A stretch of 64,000 nt of DNA, taken from positions 109,147-173,146 of the forward strand of contig JAHHHM010000015.1 in NCBI GenBank assembly GCA_019359355.1, written 5' to 3'. Under the pieces are notes generated by a model. It saw nothing but the letters and a program-made list of their open reading frames with translations. It was not told the origin of the DNA and made no database searches. The position numbers and the translations under genes were made by a program. Shown here piece by piece: positions 8,705 to 17,642 of the stretch (within the stretch, counting starts at the first letter, position 1; each line of letters starts with the position of its first letter). Source of the DNA: Microcoleus vaginatus WJT46-NPBG5 (lineage in GTDB: Bacteria; Cyanobacteriota; Cyanobacteriia; Cyanobacteriales; Oscillatoriaceae).

Positions 8705-10585
8705 TTAAGCATCAATGACGACTCGTCCAACAGGGTGAGCGCTACAGGCTAAAATCACGCCTTGAGTGCGCTCACTGTCTTCGAGGGCTTCGGGTGTTCC
8801 GTCATATTTCACTTCTCCTTCTAAAAGAATTTGCTTGCAGGTGCCGCAACTTCCCGACCGGCAACTGCTGGGAAGTTCGACGCCTTCTCGTTCTGCGACA
8901 TCTAAAATCAATTCGGAACTGTCACAGGCAAGTTCTTTGCCAGATTTCGCCAAGACGAGGACTGCCGGCTGGGCGTTAGGGGCTTTTGCACCGTTTGTCT
9001 GGGCCGTGTCGCTTGGTTGTGCCGGTGTTGCCGGTGCTTCGAGGATTTCTCCTTTCAGCTGTGCGCCGAAGTTTTCGATGAGTAGATGCCGCAACACCGG
9101 CTTGAGGTCTTCGCAGGGAACACCTTTGGTAACGCAGGTGCCGAGATGGGCGTCTTTGCCCACTTTGCCGCCCATGTAGATATCGACACCTTCAACAGCT
9201 TTGCCGTTTTTGCGGGCTTTGGTGCCCATGAGTCCGATATCTGCAACTTGCGGTTGACCGCAAGAGTTGGGGCAGCCGGTCCAGTGAATCCGCACAGGCC
9301 GGCTCAGGGACACTTCTTGTTCCAGTTCCGCAATCATTTCCATAGCGCGGTTTTTGGTTTCAATCAGCGCGAAGTTGCAGAATTGTGCGCCGGTGCATGA
9401 AATCAGCGCCCGTGTCAGGGGTGCGGGATTGATGGAGAATTTTTGCAGGATGGGTTCGCTTAAAAAGGCTTCTAAGCGAGAGTCGGGAATGTTGGGAATT
9501 AAGATATTTTGCTCGACGGTGAGGCGAATTTCGCCATTGCCGTAGACTTCCGCAACACGGGCAATGTCAAACATATCTGCGGCAAACAAACGCCCGACGG
9601 GAACGTGCATACCGGCAAAGTTTAAGCCGGCTTGCTTTTGCGGGAAAATGCCGAGGTGGTCGCGTTTTTCCCAGTCGAGTTCATCTTTGAGGGCAGCGGT
9701 TGGCAGTTCTCGCCCGAATTGCTTTTCTACGGCTGCGCGGAAGTTTTCCAAGCCCATTTCATCGATCAGCCACATCAGGCGGGCTTTCTGCCGGTTGGAT
9801 CGCAGTCCCTGATCCCGAAAGACAATTAAGATGGCGCGGCAGAGGTCAACCACGTCGTCGTTGGCGGGAACCCAAGCGTTGAGGGGAATTGCGGCTTCGC
9901 AACGTTTGGCGGAGAAGAAGCCACCGACGACGACGTTAAAGCCGAGTTGACCGTTGTTATAGGCGGGGACAAAGGCGATGTCGTTGATTTCGGCGTGGAC
10001 GGAGTTATCGCGTCCGCCTTCGATGGCAATGTTGAATTTGCGCGGCAGGTTGCTGAATTCTGGGTTGCCTTCGCCGCAGTTGGTGATCATGTCTTGAACT
10101 TTTTGGACAAGATCGCGGGTGTCTATTAATTCGTCTGCGTCGAGATCGGCAACGGGTGAGCCGGTGATGTTGCGAACGTTGTCCATGCCGGACTGGATGC
10201 TGGTGATGCCGGCGGATTTGAGTTTATTGAAGATATCCGGGACATCTTCAATTCTGATGCCGCGCAGTTGCAAATTTTGTCGGGTTGTGATGTCTGCGTA
10301 GCCTTCCCCGCCATAGCGCTGGATGATCTCGGCGAGGACGCGCATTTGCACAGCGTTGAGGATGCCACTGGCAATTCGCATCCGCATCATGAATTTGCCG
10401 GGAGTGACAGGGCGGAAGAAGATCCCTAACCATTTGAGCCGGTGTTCTCGGTCGGTTGCATCCATTGCTTCCCAGCCAATCTCCGCAAAATGATCGAGTT
10501 CAGCTTTGACTGCCAGCCCATCTTTTTCGGCTTTTAATTTTTCAAATTTGTTGAGGCTTGCTGTTGGTGTCTCTGCTACTGTCAT
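8705..10585 (-). CDS. nirA: Ferredoxin-nitrite reductase NirA fused to a C-terminal plant-type [2Fe-2S] ferredoxin domain
   Basis: Sulfite/nitrite reductase siroheme-[4Fe-4S] Cys motifs (CTGAQFCNFA, CPNSCGQP). The last 95 aa or so carry CRSGSCGTC...C, a Cys4 pattern of plant-type ferredoxins. Confidence 0.9.
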   Translation of the reverse strand: MTVAETPTASLNKFEKLKAEKDGLAVKAELDHFAEIGWEAMDATDREHRLKWLGIFFRPVTPGKFMMRMRIASGILNAVQMRVLAEIIQRYGGEGYADITTRQNLQLRGIRIEDVPDIFNKLKSAGITSIQSGMDNVRNITGSPVADLDADELIDTRDLVQKVQDMITNCGEGNPEFSNLPRKFNIAIEGGRDNSVHAEINDIAFVPAYNNGQLGFNVVVGGFFSAKRCEAAIPLNAWVPANDDVVDLCRAILIVFRDQGLRSNRQKARLMWLIDEMGLENFRAAVEKQFGRELPTAALKDELDWEKRDHLGIFPQKQAGLNFAGMHVPVGRLFAADMFDIARVAEVYGNGEIRLTVEQNILIPNIPDSRLEAFLSEPILQKFSINPAPLTRALISCTGAQFCNFALIETKNRAMEMIAELEQEVSLSRPVRIHWTGCPNSCGQPQVADIGLMGTKARKNGKAVEGVDIYMGGKVGKDAHLGTCVTKGVPCEDLKPVLRHLLIENFGAQLKGEILEAPATPAQPSDTAQTNGAKAPNAQPAVLVLAKSGKELACDSSELILDVAEREGVELPSSCRSGSCGTCKQILLEGEVKYDGTPEALEDSERTQGVILACSAHPVGRVVIDA

Positions 10586-10705
10586 GGGTTCTTTCGCTCT
10601 TGATTTTGTGTTTACAGGGAGGCAATTATTCAGCTAAGTCGCTGTTTATCTAGCGTTTAAAAGCTTTTTTGTTTCGCTTATATCTGGGATAGGAAAACTT
10701 TATTT

Positions 10706-10719
10706 GTATATTTCGTTAC
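10706..10719. promoter_or_regulatory. Candidate NtcA binding site GTATATTTCGTTAC (GTA-N8-TAC), 121 bp upstream of the nirA start. A -10-like ATAATA lies about 23 nt downstream on the minus strand.
   Basis: Perfect match to the NtcA consensus GTAN8TAC, found in the nirA operon 5' region. Confidence 0.5.
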
Positions 10720-10896
10720 AGATCGCAGCATTTGTTTATCATTCAGATTTTTGTTAATGGGTTGCAAGGTTATATTCTTTGACGGGCTTGGGTTTGGGTG
10801 AATGACCCTCATGCTCCTATATTGCAAATGATCAGCCTTCAGGCGCTTGTAAAAAGTGCGTTGTAGATAAGTTAAAGGCTGGAAACCGGAAATTTA

Positions 10897-10910
10897 GTAT
10901 AGTGAGTTAC
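10897..10910. promoter_or_regulatory. Second candidate NtcA box GTATAGTGAGTTAC, 312 bp upstream of nirA. A TAACTT (TAN3T) -10-like element lies 22 nt downstream on the minus strand.
   Basis: Perfect GTA-N8-TAC with the spacing to a TAN3T element seen at NtcA-activated promoters. Confidence 0.35.
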
Positions 10911-10955
10911 AAAATATTTCGAGATATGAAATCGATGCATTTCACTGATGCGTTT

Positions 10956-10989
10956 TTTACATCAAGCGTTTGTTTACATCAAGCGTTTG
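10956..10989. repeat. Tandem direct repeat, two copies of TTACATCAAGCGTTTG
   Basis: Direct reading. Confidence 0.6.
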
Positions 10990-11348
10990 ATTGAAGCCGC
11001 TAAACACAAATCTTAATGGTTGAAATTTAAGCAAACCGCTCACAGTGAGCATTCTGGGTAAATTTCAACGACTACTGAGATGAATTGGTGTGGGTGATTG
11101 TACGGAAGGTTGTCAGTGCTGGGACGTTGTGTCGGTGAAATTACTGAGCCGGTTTTTTCCTGGGATTCTCATTTTGAAGCACAGCAGCTCAAGCCCTGGA
11201 AATGTTGGTCTTGTCTGGGCGTCTAGATGGCCCTAGAGAGCTAAAGCGGTTGAAATAGCCAGGATTAGTGGACGGGGAAAGTTGAGGAAATCTATACCTA
11301 GCGCTATCTCCAGGGGATGCGCTTCACAGATATGACCATTCCTTACTG

Positions 11349-11564
11349 GTGAATGGGTGTGGGCTAACTATGACCCAACCCGATAGCAAGGTGGTCTACA
11401 AAAATGCCTTCGCTACTAATTACCCAATTAGCGATGCAAGACCGGCAGACATTATCTTAGGGGGCCGCACTGGTTGGAAGGTGGAAAACGAAAACAACAC
11501 TTTCAAAACCAAGAGCTGTAATCTTGAACACTATTTTGGCCTTGGCTTGCAGCATCTCTGTTGA
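11349..11564 (+). mobile_element. Possible DDE transposase C-terminal remnant, an IS fragment
   Basis: A 71-aa ORF encodes ...GRTGWKVENENNTFKTKSCNLEHYFGLG. This resembles the conserved C-terminal RWxIENxxF..LK...LEHNFGHG block that I recall from cyanobacterial DDE transposases. No intact upstream catalytic region is present. Confidence 0.3.
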
Positions 11565-12251
11565 TGAATCAGAACTGCTCTCTCCCCTGAAGCTTGATAA
11601 ACGATTCGCTCTCTAGACTTATCAGGAATGAGCTTGAGCAGACTGTGGGCCTGAGCCACACTGTCTCGGTCGATGAAACACCCTACAAAAGACTGGTTTA
11701 TCACAACAAAAAGATAACTAGCTAGCATGATGGCTCACTGGAAAGCGTATTCAGCAGATACCCCTACTCACCTATACACTCTATAAACTCCTGCTCTCCC
11801 ACTTCATCCGCTGTGCTCGTGTCTTATAACCACTCCAATTTCTGGGACTAATAAAGAAAATTGATAAGCAAATTTTATAAAAGCGATAAATTTATATACA
11901 AAATCTACGCTTTATTTAAAAACTTAAAAAATACTTTAATGGTACAATGTTAAGAAATCATGACATTAACTTTATCAAGTTGGCTAGGTAGGCATCAATG
12001 TGTCTATGTGTCTATGTAAATCTTGTTATTAAAATGTTGAGAAATGCAGCAGATGTTTTGTCTATCAGACATAAATCTCGTGGAGCTTGCATTACTCTTT
12101 TCAGTCTATGAAAAACAAATTTGAGACACTTATTTTGCTAACAAGCCAGAAATAAATTGGATTTATTTATTCTTATGTTTTAAAGAGACCTAGAGGGAAA
12201 ATGTAAAGATAAATTTTTAAAGATTACTGCTTAGTTACTATTGGGGAGTTT

Positions 12252-12920
12252 ATGAAAGGACATTCGCTCAAAAAGCAAAATAACTACACTTATTACCTAA
12301 GGCTGTTAAGTTTTAAAAAATTTCTACTTAAATGGAAAAAATACTGGTTCAAGATAAGTGGAACGTGGAGTTATAAAAACTTGCAACTGAAATGGGATAA
12401 TTACTGGTTCAAGATAAGTGGAACGTGGAATTCATGTCCTCTAACGTGCCCTATAAATAAACCTCACCACAGACACGTTTTTTGGAGTTGGTTTGGCAGT
12501 TTCCTAGCAATAGCAGCAACGGCTTACCTGTCTATGAAAACCAATACTCCGCTGCTTATGGCTCCATTTGGTGCGACCAGTGTATTGATCTTTGGTGTAC
12601 CAGACAGTCCTTTGGCTCAACCCCGTAATGTAATTGGTGGTAATCTCCTAGCCGCCTTCATCAGTTTAACGATTCTACATCTTTTCGGTTCGTCACCTTG
12701 GACAATGGGAATGGCAGTATCAACAACTATTGCGGTGATGCAGATGACTGGGACGCTACACCCGCCTGCGGGAGCAATTGCATTAGTCGTAATGATGACA
12801 AATGCTCCTTGGGAATTTCTGGTAACACCGGCTCTACAAGGTTCTCTTATTTTGGTACTCTGTGCTGTGGTTTTCAATAATCTTGCAGAAGAGAGGACTT
12901 ATCCTAAACACTGGCTGTAA
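12252..12920 (+). CDS. HPP-family membrane protein, putative nitrite transporter. Its 5' third is repeat-derived and the true start is uncertain.
   Basis: C-terminal 150 aa have 4-5 TM helices and the HPPAGA signature of the HPP family (PF04982). The N-terminal 60 aa or so are Lys/Trp-rich and encoded by two copies of a 30-bp direct repeat. There is no alternative in-frame ATG before TM1, though a TTG at 12381 with an upstream GGAG is possible. Confidence 0.65.
   Translation: MKGHSLKKQNNYTYYLRLLSFKKFLLKWKKYWFKISGTWSYKNLQLKWDNYWFKISGTWNSCPLTCPINKPHHRHVFWSWFGSFLAIAATAYLSMKTNTPLLMAPFGATSVLIFGVPDSPLAQPRNVIGGNLLAAFISLTILHLFGSSPWTMGMAVSTTIAVMQMTGTLHPPAGAIALVVMMTNAPWEFLVTPALQGSLILVLCAVVFNNLAEERTYPKHWL
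12341..12432. repeat. Two copies of a roughly 30-bp direct repeat (TACTGGTTCAAGATAAGTGGAACGTGGA) 60 bp apart, inside the 5' end of the HPP ORF
   Basis: Direct reading. It encodes the duplicated peptide YWFKISGTW. Confidence 0.6.
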
Positions 12921-13002
12921 GAATTTTGGCATTGCTGTTGTCAAAGGATGAGTTTGAGCACGGCTGAAGACATATCTGCAAGCGCTTGCCGGTGCCGGCA
13001 GT

Positions 13003-16000
13003 TTACTGATTGACTGAAGGGATGGAGGGATGCCGGTGCCAAGCCTGATAATAGTCAGGATAAGGCATGACTTGAGCACAATCCAAAAGAATATAATCGT
13101 AACAAATTCGGTACAAATAAAAATTTTGTTGAACTAGCGGGCTAATTAGGTAGTCTTTCAAAACAGAGACTGCTGAACCCAACGGGTATCTTGGGAGAAT
13201 TTGCCCTAATGTTTGAGCTGCTGTATCACGGATGAAATCATAAGAAAGAAGGTAGCGAAACATGTCGCTAAACACCTCGCTAAACACAGAGTCTGGAGCT
13301 GCTGGATAACGGATGAAATCATCAGGAGGAATGGCACGCATTACATCCATCAACGCCCAAATAGCATCTTCATGGCTCGTTTCAGTATGCTCTAAGCCCC
13401 AAATCGCTTCACACCGAATAGACTTTTCTTCGCAGTTGTGAATGAGTTCAATTAGAAACGCAATGACTTCAGGGTTGCTTTTGCCAATTAGCGCCAAAAT
13501 TCTAACGGCTTGCCGACAGATGTACTTATCAGGAATAGTTTTAATAACATCAATAAGTACCTTGATTGCTTCTGAGTTTCCGGGGATTGTACACTCTAAG
13601 TTCTGAACAGCTTGCAAGCACCTTAATTGTAACTTTTGACTATAGATATTTATAAAATTTATTAGAAGAGATTTATACAAATTTGGTTTGAGTTTAACTT
13701 TTGTAAATGTTTCATGGCAGTGCATCATAGTTTTCCCATCTAAGATGCTGTCCAGCAAGATAGCCAAATGGTATAAGTCATCAATACTGGCACGTATGTC
13801 TTCAACTAGCCTCGCGCTCCATTCGGGATCGCTAAGATCGAATTGCTCCAATTTCGTATCCTCTAGAGACAAGGTAGGTTCATCAAACTTGGCTGCTTCG
13901 AGGTAATCTGGAGAAATTTCCCCCAAGCTAATAATCGCGTGAAAATGAGTGCCATCATCTGCAATATTCTCTTTCAGAGCAGTTAGTGTGGCAATTGCTT
14001 GCTCATTGCCTGGATCGATTTTCCCTAAGCTCTCAGCCGCTTTCACACGAGTGTAGCTAGCAGGACTGTTATTCATTAGGTCAATTAGCATCGCCTTCAC
14101 TTCTGGATTGCCTCTGTTAATATCTGCCAAGCTCTTAACCGCTTTATGACGAATATACTCAACGGGAGGAGTGCGGATGAGTGCAATAAGGGCATCAATT
14201 GCCATGCGGCGATCAGTCTCTTTTAATATTGCCTCAGCTTGTATTCCAATTTTAATGGGAGCATAGCGTGGTCGGCTTCCTTTTTTAATAAACTGCTTAT
14301 CAATCTCATCAGCGTAGCTATCCTTCTTTACCTCTGTTCCAAAACCCCACTTAAGGATCTCCGTGATAATCTCCGAGGCCAAACTAGCCTCTTTAAACTC
14401 TGCAATTCCTGCTGCCGCCAGAAAATATGCGCGATAGTCATAAAAGCCTTTGGAGTAACCGGAAAAACCCTCCTTGCATCCATCCCGAAACTCTACTAAT
14501 GCTTGAATAAATGCGTTTTTTTGATTTTTTAAATTTTCGTTACCCTCTCGTCCTAGCCATAGCAAAATCACTTCTTTCCATTGTTCCTCAAAAATACGGT
14601 ATACACAATTGAGGCCGTTATGTTTTAAAAATGGGTTGGGATTTTCGTTGTTGTGGTTTAGGAAAAAGTGCCAATCATCAATCGCATCGGCTGCGAAGTA
14701 TTCCTGAAATGTCGGATGAAAGAAAGCATAAACCTTCTCATCGGGGTCTTTTTCTTCGGCGGTTGCCAACCCGACCCGATTTAGCAACGCCAATCTTAGC
14801 GCCCACCAAAATAGGGAACTCTCTTGCTTAGGTTCGCCTAAAAAACCTTTGACAAAACTTTCTCGTAACCGAAAACGGGAATCTTCACCGGCAATTGCTT
14901 CTTTTGCCAATTCCCCTAATTTTCGATTCAGTTCTTTTTCTTGCTCTGGCGAAATAGCAAATTCTTGCTTATCATCTTTCCATGTGTAGTGTGCTTCAAC
15001 CAGTCGCTGATACAGTCCTGCTTTCGTATCTGGTAATTTGCCTTGACGCAGTTCCCAAGTGCGACACAACAGTGCCAACCGCAAGGGATTTTTGATTAAA
15101 TCTCGAATGCGTTCACTAGATTGCTCTAACTCGCCGCATAAACCCTGAGCTTTGTCTGATTCCTGGGCAAACCATTTATTAATGAACGCTTGCACCTGAG
15201 CTGGATAACTAAAATCCAGATTGCGATAAACATCAAAATTGCCTAAAGCATTTTTATCAGCATCCCATACATTAAGCCGGCAACTCAGTATTACCCGCGT
15301 TTCGGCAACCCAACTCCCGCTGAGTTGCTGCGAAATAAACGTCAATGGGTTTCCCCATCCTGTCGTCATCTCATCCACACCATCCAGCAGTAGCCACACC
15401 CGATTTTTGTAGAATTCTTCGACAAGAGCATCCTTTAACTCTTCTGGAACTTGACGAAGGGATGGTACAGTTGATGGTGAAAACTTCCGAATGATTGGCA
15501 ACGCTTGTTTAAGCCACTTATTAAGTAAATAATCTTCTAAAGTTTCATTGCACCCCAAGTTTGCCAAATCAATCCAAATAGGCAAACCACCGTTTTCTAA
15601 GACCTCAAAAGCAATTTTCTGTAACAGCGTTGTTTTTCCTGCGCCTGGTTCGCCGATATTTGCTATCCGCCGGCCTTTACTTTTAGGACTTTGCCCTTGT
15701 TTGATGACTTGCTCGAAAAATACATTGTGCGAAATTGGAGTAATTTTCTCTAGGTATAACTGCGATCCGATTTCTGGTGAAATAGCAGGTGCCGGTCTAG
15801 GTGGTTGTGCTTGGCGTTCAACCAATCCGAGACGGACGTACATATCAGAAATCGGCCTATCACCACAACCACGTAGCGAATGTGTCGTCAGCCATTGCTT
15901 TTTCTGTTCCTCCAGCATGGCAGTGCAAACTTCTCGCCATTGTTGCCAGTCAAGCGTCTGTCCGAAACAATTACTTTCACTGATCGCAGGTTGTTCGCGA

Positions 16001-16272
16001 ATTTCTTCCCAAGCTAAACCCAAAACTTCACAGAAAGCCTTAAATACATCAGTGTTGACAGGTTCTTTTCCATAGAAGAAACGTTTCCAATTGCCTTCTG
16101 AGCAACCATCCGCATATAGCCCATCTTCTTGCCAAACCTTATCTGGCTCCAAAATTTTACTAGCTTCCACAAGCCATCTGGGGTCATCTACCTTCCACCC
16201 CTTTTCATTTTTTGCCTGCTTAATTTTTGCTACTCCCTGCTTAGAAGCTTTGAGTGTTGGCATCATTACCAC
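13003..16272 (-). CDS. STAND NTPase with, in order, an N-terminal HTH-like domain, a NACHT P-loop NTPase, and C-terminal HEAT/PBS-lyase-like repeats; 1089 aa
   Basis: Walker A GEPGAGKTT, Walker B LLLDGVDEM, and HEAT-like repeats (NPEVKAMLIDLMNN...RVKAAESLG). The N-terminus (KASKQGVAKIKQAKNEKGWKVDDPRWLVEAS) matches the HTH-like N-terminal module common in cyanobacterial STAND proteins. Confidence 0.8.
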   Translation of the reverse strand: MVMMPTLKASKQGVAKIKQAKNEKGWKVDDPRWLVEASKILEPDKVWQEDGLYADGCSEGNWKRFFYGKEPVNTDVFKAFCEVLGLAWEEIREQPAISESNCFGQTLDWQQWREVCTAMLEEQKKQWLTTHSLRGCGDRPISDMYVRLGLVERQAQPPRPAPAISPEIGSQLYLEKITPISHNVFFEQVIKQGQSPKSKGRRIANIGEPGAGKTTLLQKIAFEVLENGGLPIWIDLANLGCNETLEDYLLNKWLKQALPIIRKFSPSTVPSLRQVPEELKDALVEEFYKNRVWLLLDGVDEMTTGWGNPLTFISQQLSGSWVAETRVILSCRLNVWDADKNALGNFDVYRNLDFSYPAQVQAFINKWFAQESDKAQGLCGELEQSSERIRDLIKNPLRLALLCRTWELRQGKLPDTKAGLYQRLVEAHYTWKDDKQEFAISPEQEKELNRKLGELAKEAIAGEDSRFRLRESFVKGFLGEPKQESSLFWWALRLALLNRVGLATAEEKDPDEKVYAFFHPTFQEYFAADAIDDWHFFLNHNNENPNPFLKHNGLNCVYRIFEEQWKEVILLWLGREGNENLKNQKNAFIQALVEFRDGCKEGFSGYSKGFYDYRAYFLAAAGIAEFKEASLASEIITEILKWGFGTEVKKDSYADEIDKQFIKKGSRPRYAPIKIGIQAEAILKETDRRMAIDALIALIRTPPVEYIRHKAVKSLADINRGNPEVKAMLIDLMNNSPASYTRVKAAESLGKIDPGNEQAIATLTALKENIADDGTHFHAIISLGEISPDYLEAAKFDEPTLSLEDTKLEQFDLSDPEWSARLVEDIRASIDDLYHLAILLDSILDGKTMMHCHETFTKVKLKPNLYKSLLINFINIYSQKLQLRCLQAVQNLECTIPGNSEAIKVLIDVIKTIPDKYICRQAVRILALIGKSNPEVIAFLIELIHNCEEKSIRCEAIWGLEHTETSHEDAIWALMDVMRAIPPDDFIRYPAAPDSVFSEVFSDMFRYLLSYDFIRDTAAQTLGQILPRYPLGSAVSVLKDYLISPLVQQNFYLYRICYDYILLDCAQVMPYPDYYQAWHRHPSIPSVNQ

Positions 16273-16402
16273 CTTGCTTTAGCTATTGTCAAGATCGAGT
16301 TTAGATCAAATACTTGCGATCTGAAATCGAGCTAGTGAAATCCTTACAAAGCAGTCATTGTAGAAATGTGGGAAGCAAGGTTGGCCAACTAACTTCTCTT
16401 GA

Positions 16403-16717
16403 ATGCAAACCACAACTCTACATACAAGAAAAATGGCGACTCCCAACGAATACATATTGCCAAAAACCCAATTCCTCACGCCAACTGAAATTGCACAAGA
16501 ATTAGAGAAGCTGACCGGCAAGAGAATGAGTGCGATTAAAATCAATAAACTACTGGCAGACCTAAAGTTGCAGAGGAAAGTTAGCAACCTCTGGGAACCC
16601 ACCATATTAGGCAAGGGATTAAGTGTATTGCTGCCATATATCGGCCAAAATAATCACGCCGGCTTTCAATTGAAGTGGAGTAGCGATGTGATTGATTTGC
16701 TAAAAGCTCGTATTTAG
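16403..16717 (+). CDS. Small protein with a KilAC/Ant-like (phage antirepressor C-terminal) domain
   Basis: 104-aa ORF containing LTPTEIAQELEKLTGKRMSAIKINKLLADLKLQ...WEPTILGKGLS, which resembles the KilAC domain consensus. It is followed by a hairpin terminator. Confidence 0.4.
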   Translation: MQTTTLHTRKMATPNEYILPKTQFLTPTEIAQELEKLTGKRMSAIKINKLLADLKLQRKVSNLWEPTILGKGLSVLLPYIGQNNHAGFQLKWSSDVIDLLKARI

Positions 16718-16728
16718 AAAGACGATTA

Positions 16729-16755
16729 CCGGCCTCTTAAAAAAAAGGAGGCCGG
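16729..16755. terminator. Bidirectional rho-independent terminator hairpin (CCGGCCTC-TTAAAAAAAAG-GAGGCCGG) between the KilAC ORF and cobA
   Basis: Perfect 8-bp GC-rich stem with an A/T-run loop. It sits between convergent genes. Confidence 0.5.
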
Positions 16756-16793
16756 CATTCCTACCAGCCCCTCAAAACAACCAAGTGTTTATT

Positions 16794-17642
16794 TTAGGCA
16801 AACACAACTGGCCGGCAACCTGCTAAAACTTGATGAAGATTAACCACATTTCCAATCACTGCAATTGCCGGCGCTTCAAAACCCGTCGTCTCGACTTGTT
16901 CCACAATCGTTGCTAAAGTGCCAATGAGTTCTTCTTGATCCGGTCGAGTTCCCCAGCGAATTAATGCCACCGGCGTCTCTACACTCAAACCGGCATCGCG
17001 TAACTCACCGATAATATACGGTAAATTGCGAACACCCATATAAATTACAATCGTTTCTGAACCATGAGCGATTGCGTGCCAATTCACATCAGGCCGGTAT
17101 TTTCCAGCCGATTCGTGGCCGGTTACAAATGTCACGGAAGAGCTATAAGATCGGTGAGTTAATGGAATTCCTGCATAAGCCGGCGCGGCAATCCCAGAAG
17201 TCACCCCAGGCACTACTTCCACCGGCACACCGGCAGCTACCAAATCTTCCATTTCCTCGCCGCCGCGTCCGAAGACAAATGGATCGCCTCCCTTCAGCCG
17301 CACGACAACCGCATGACTCTGCGCTTGTTCAATTAACAGTTGTGTCGTTTCTTCCTGTAATAAGGAGTGACGCCCGCTGCGCTTGCCGGCATTAATTTTT
17401 TCCGCATAGGGACTAATCAAAGCTAAAATCTGCGGGCTAACCAAGGCATCGTAAATCACCACATCCGCGCACTCTAACAGTGTCTTGCCCTTGATTGTCA
17501 GTAACCCCGGATCTCCAGGGCCGGCACCCACGAGATAAACTTTACCCAGACGCTTCCTCTCGTTATCGGTTACAGAAGTTTCAGCAGTCATAGAGTTGGC
17601 ATCGAATGAAGACAGAGTTTGAGGGCTTAGCGGCATAGGCAT
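16794..17642 (-). CDS. cobA: Uroporphyrinogen-III C-methyltransferase (SUMT; siroheme/cobalamin branch)
   Basis: [15 protein letters not shown]...[18 protein letters not shown] are the canonical SUMT motifs. An alternative start at the Met at 17591 would give a more typical N-terminus. Confidence 0.9.
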   Translation of the reverse strand: MPMPLSPQTLSSFDANSMTAETSVTDNERKRLGKVYLVGAGPGDPGLLTIKGKTLLECADVVIYDALVSPQILALISPYAEKINAGKRSGRHSLLQEETTQLLIEQAQSHAVVVRLKGGDPFVFGRGGEEMEDLVAAGVPVEVVPGVTSGIAAPAYAGIPLTHRSYSSSVTFVTGHESAGKYRPDVNWHAIAHGSETIVIYMGVRNLPYIIGELRDAGLSVETPVALIRWGTRPDQEELIGTLATIVEQVETTGFEAPAIAVIGNVVNLHQVLAGCRPVVFA

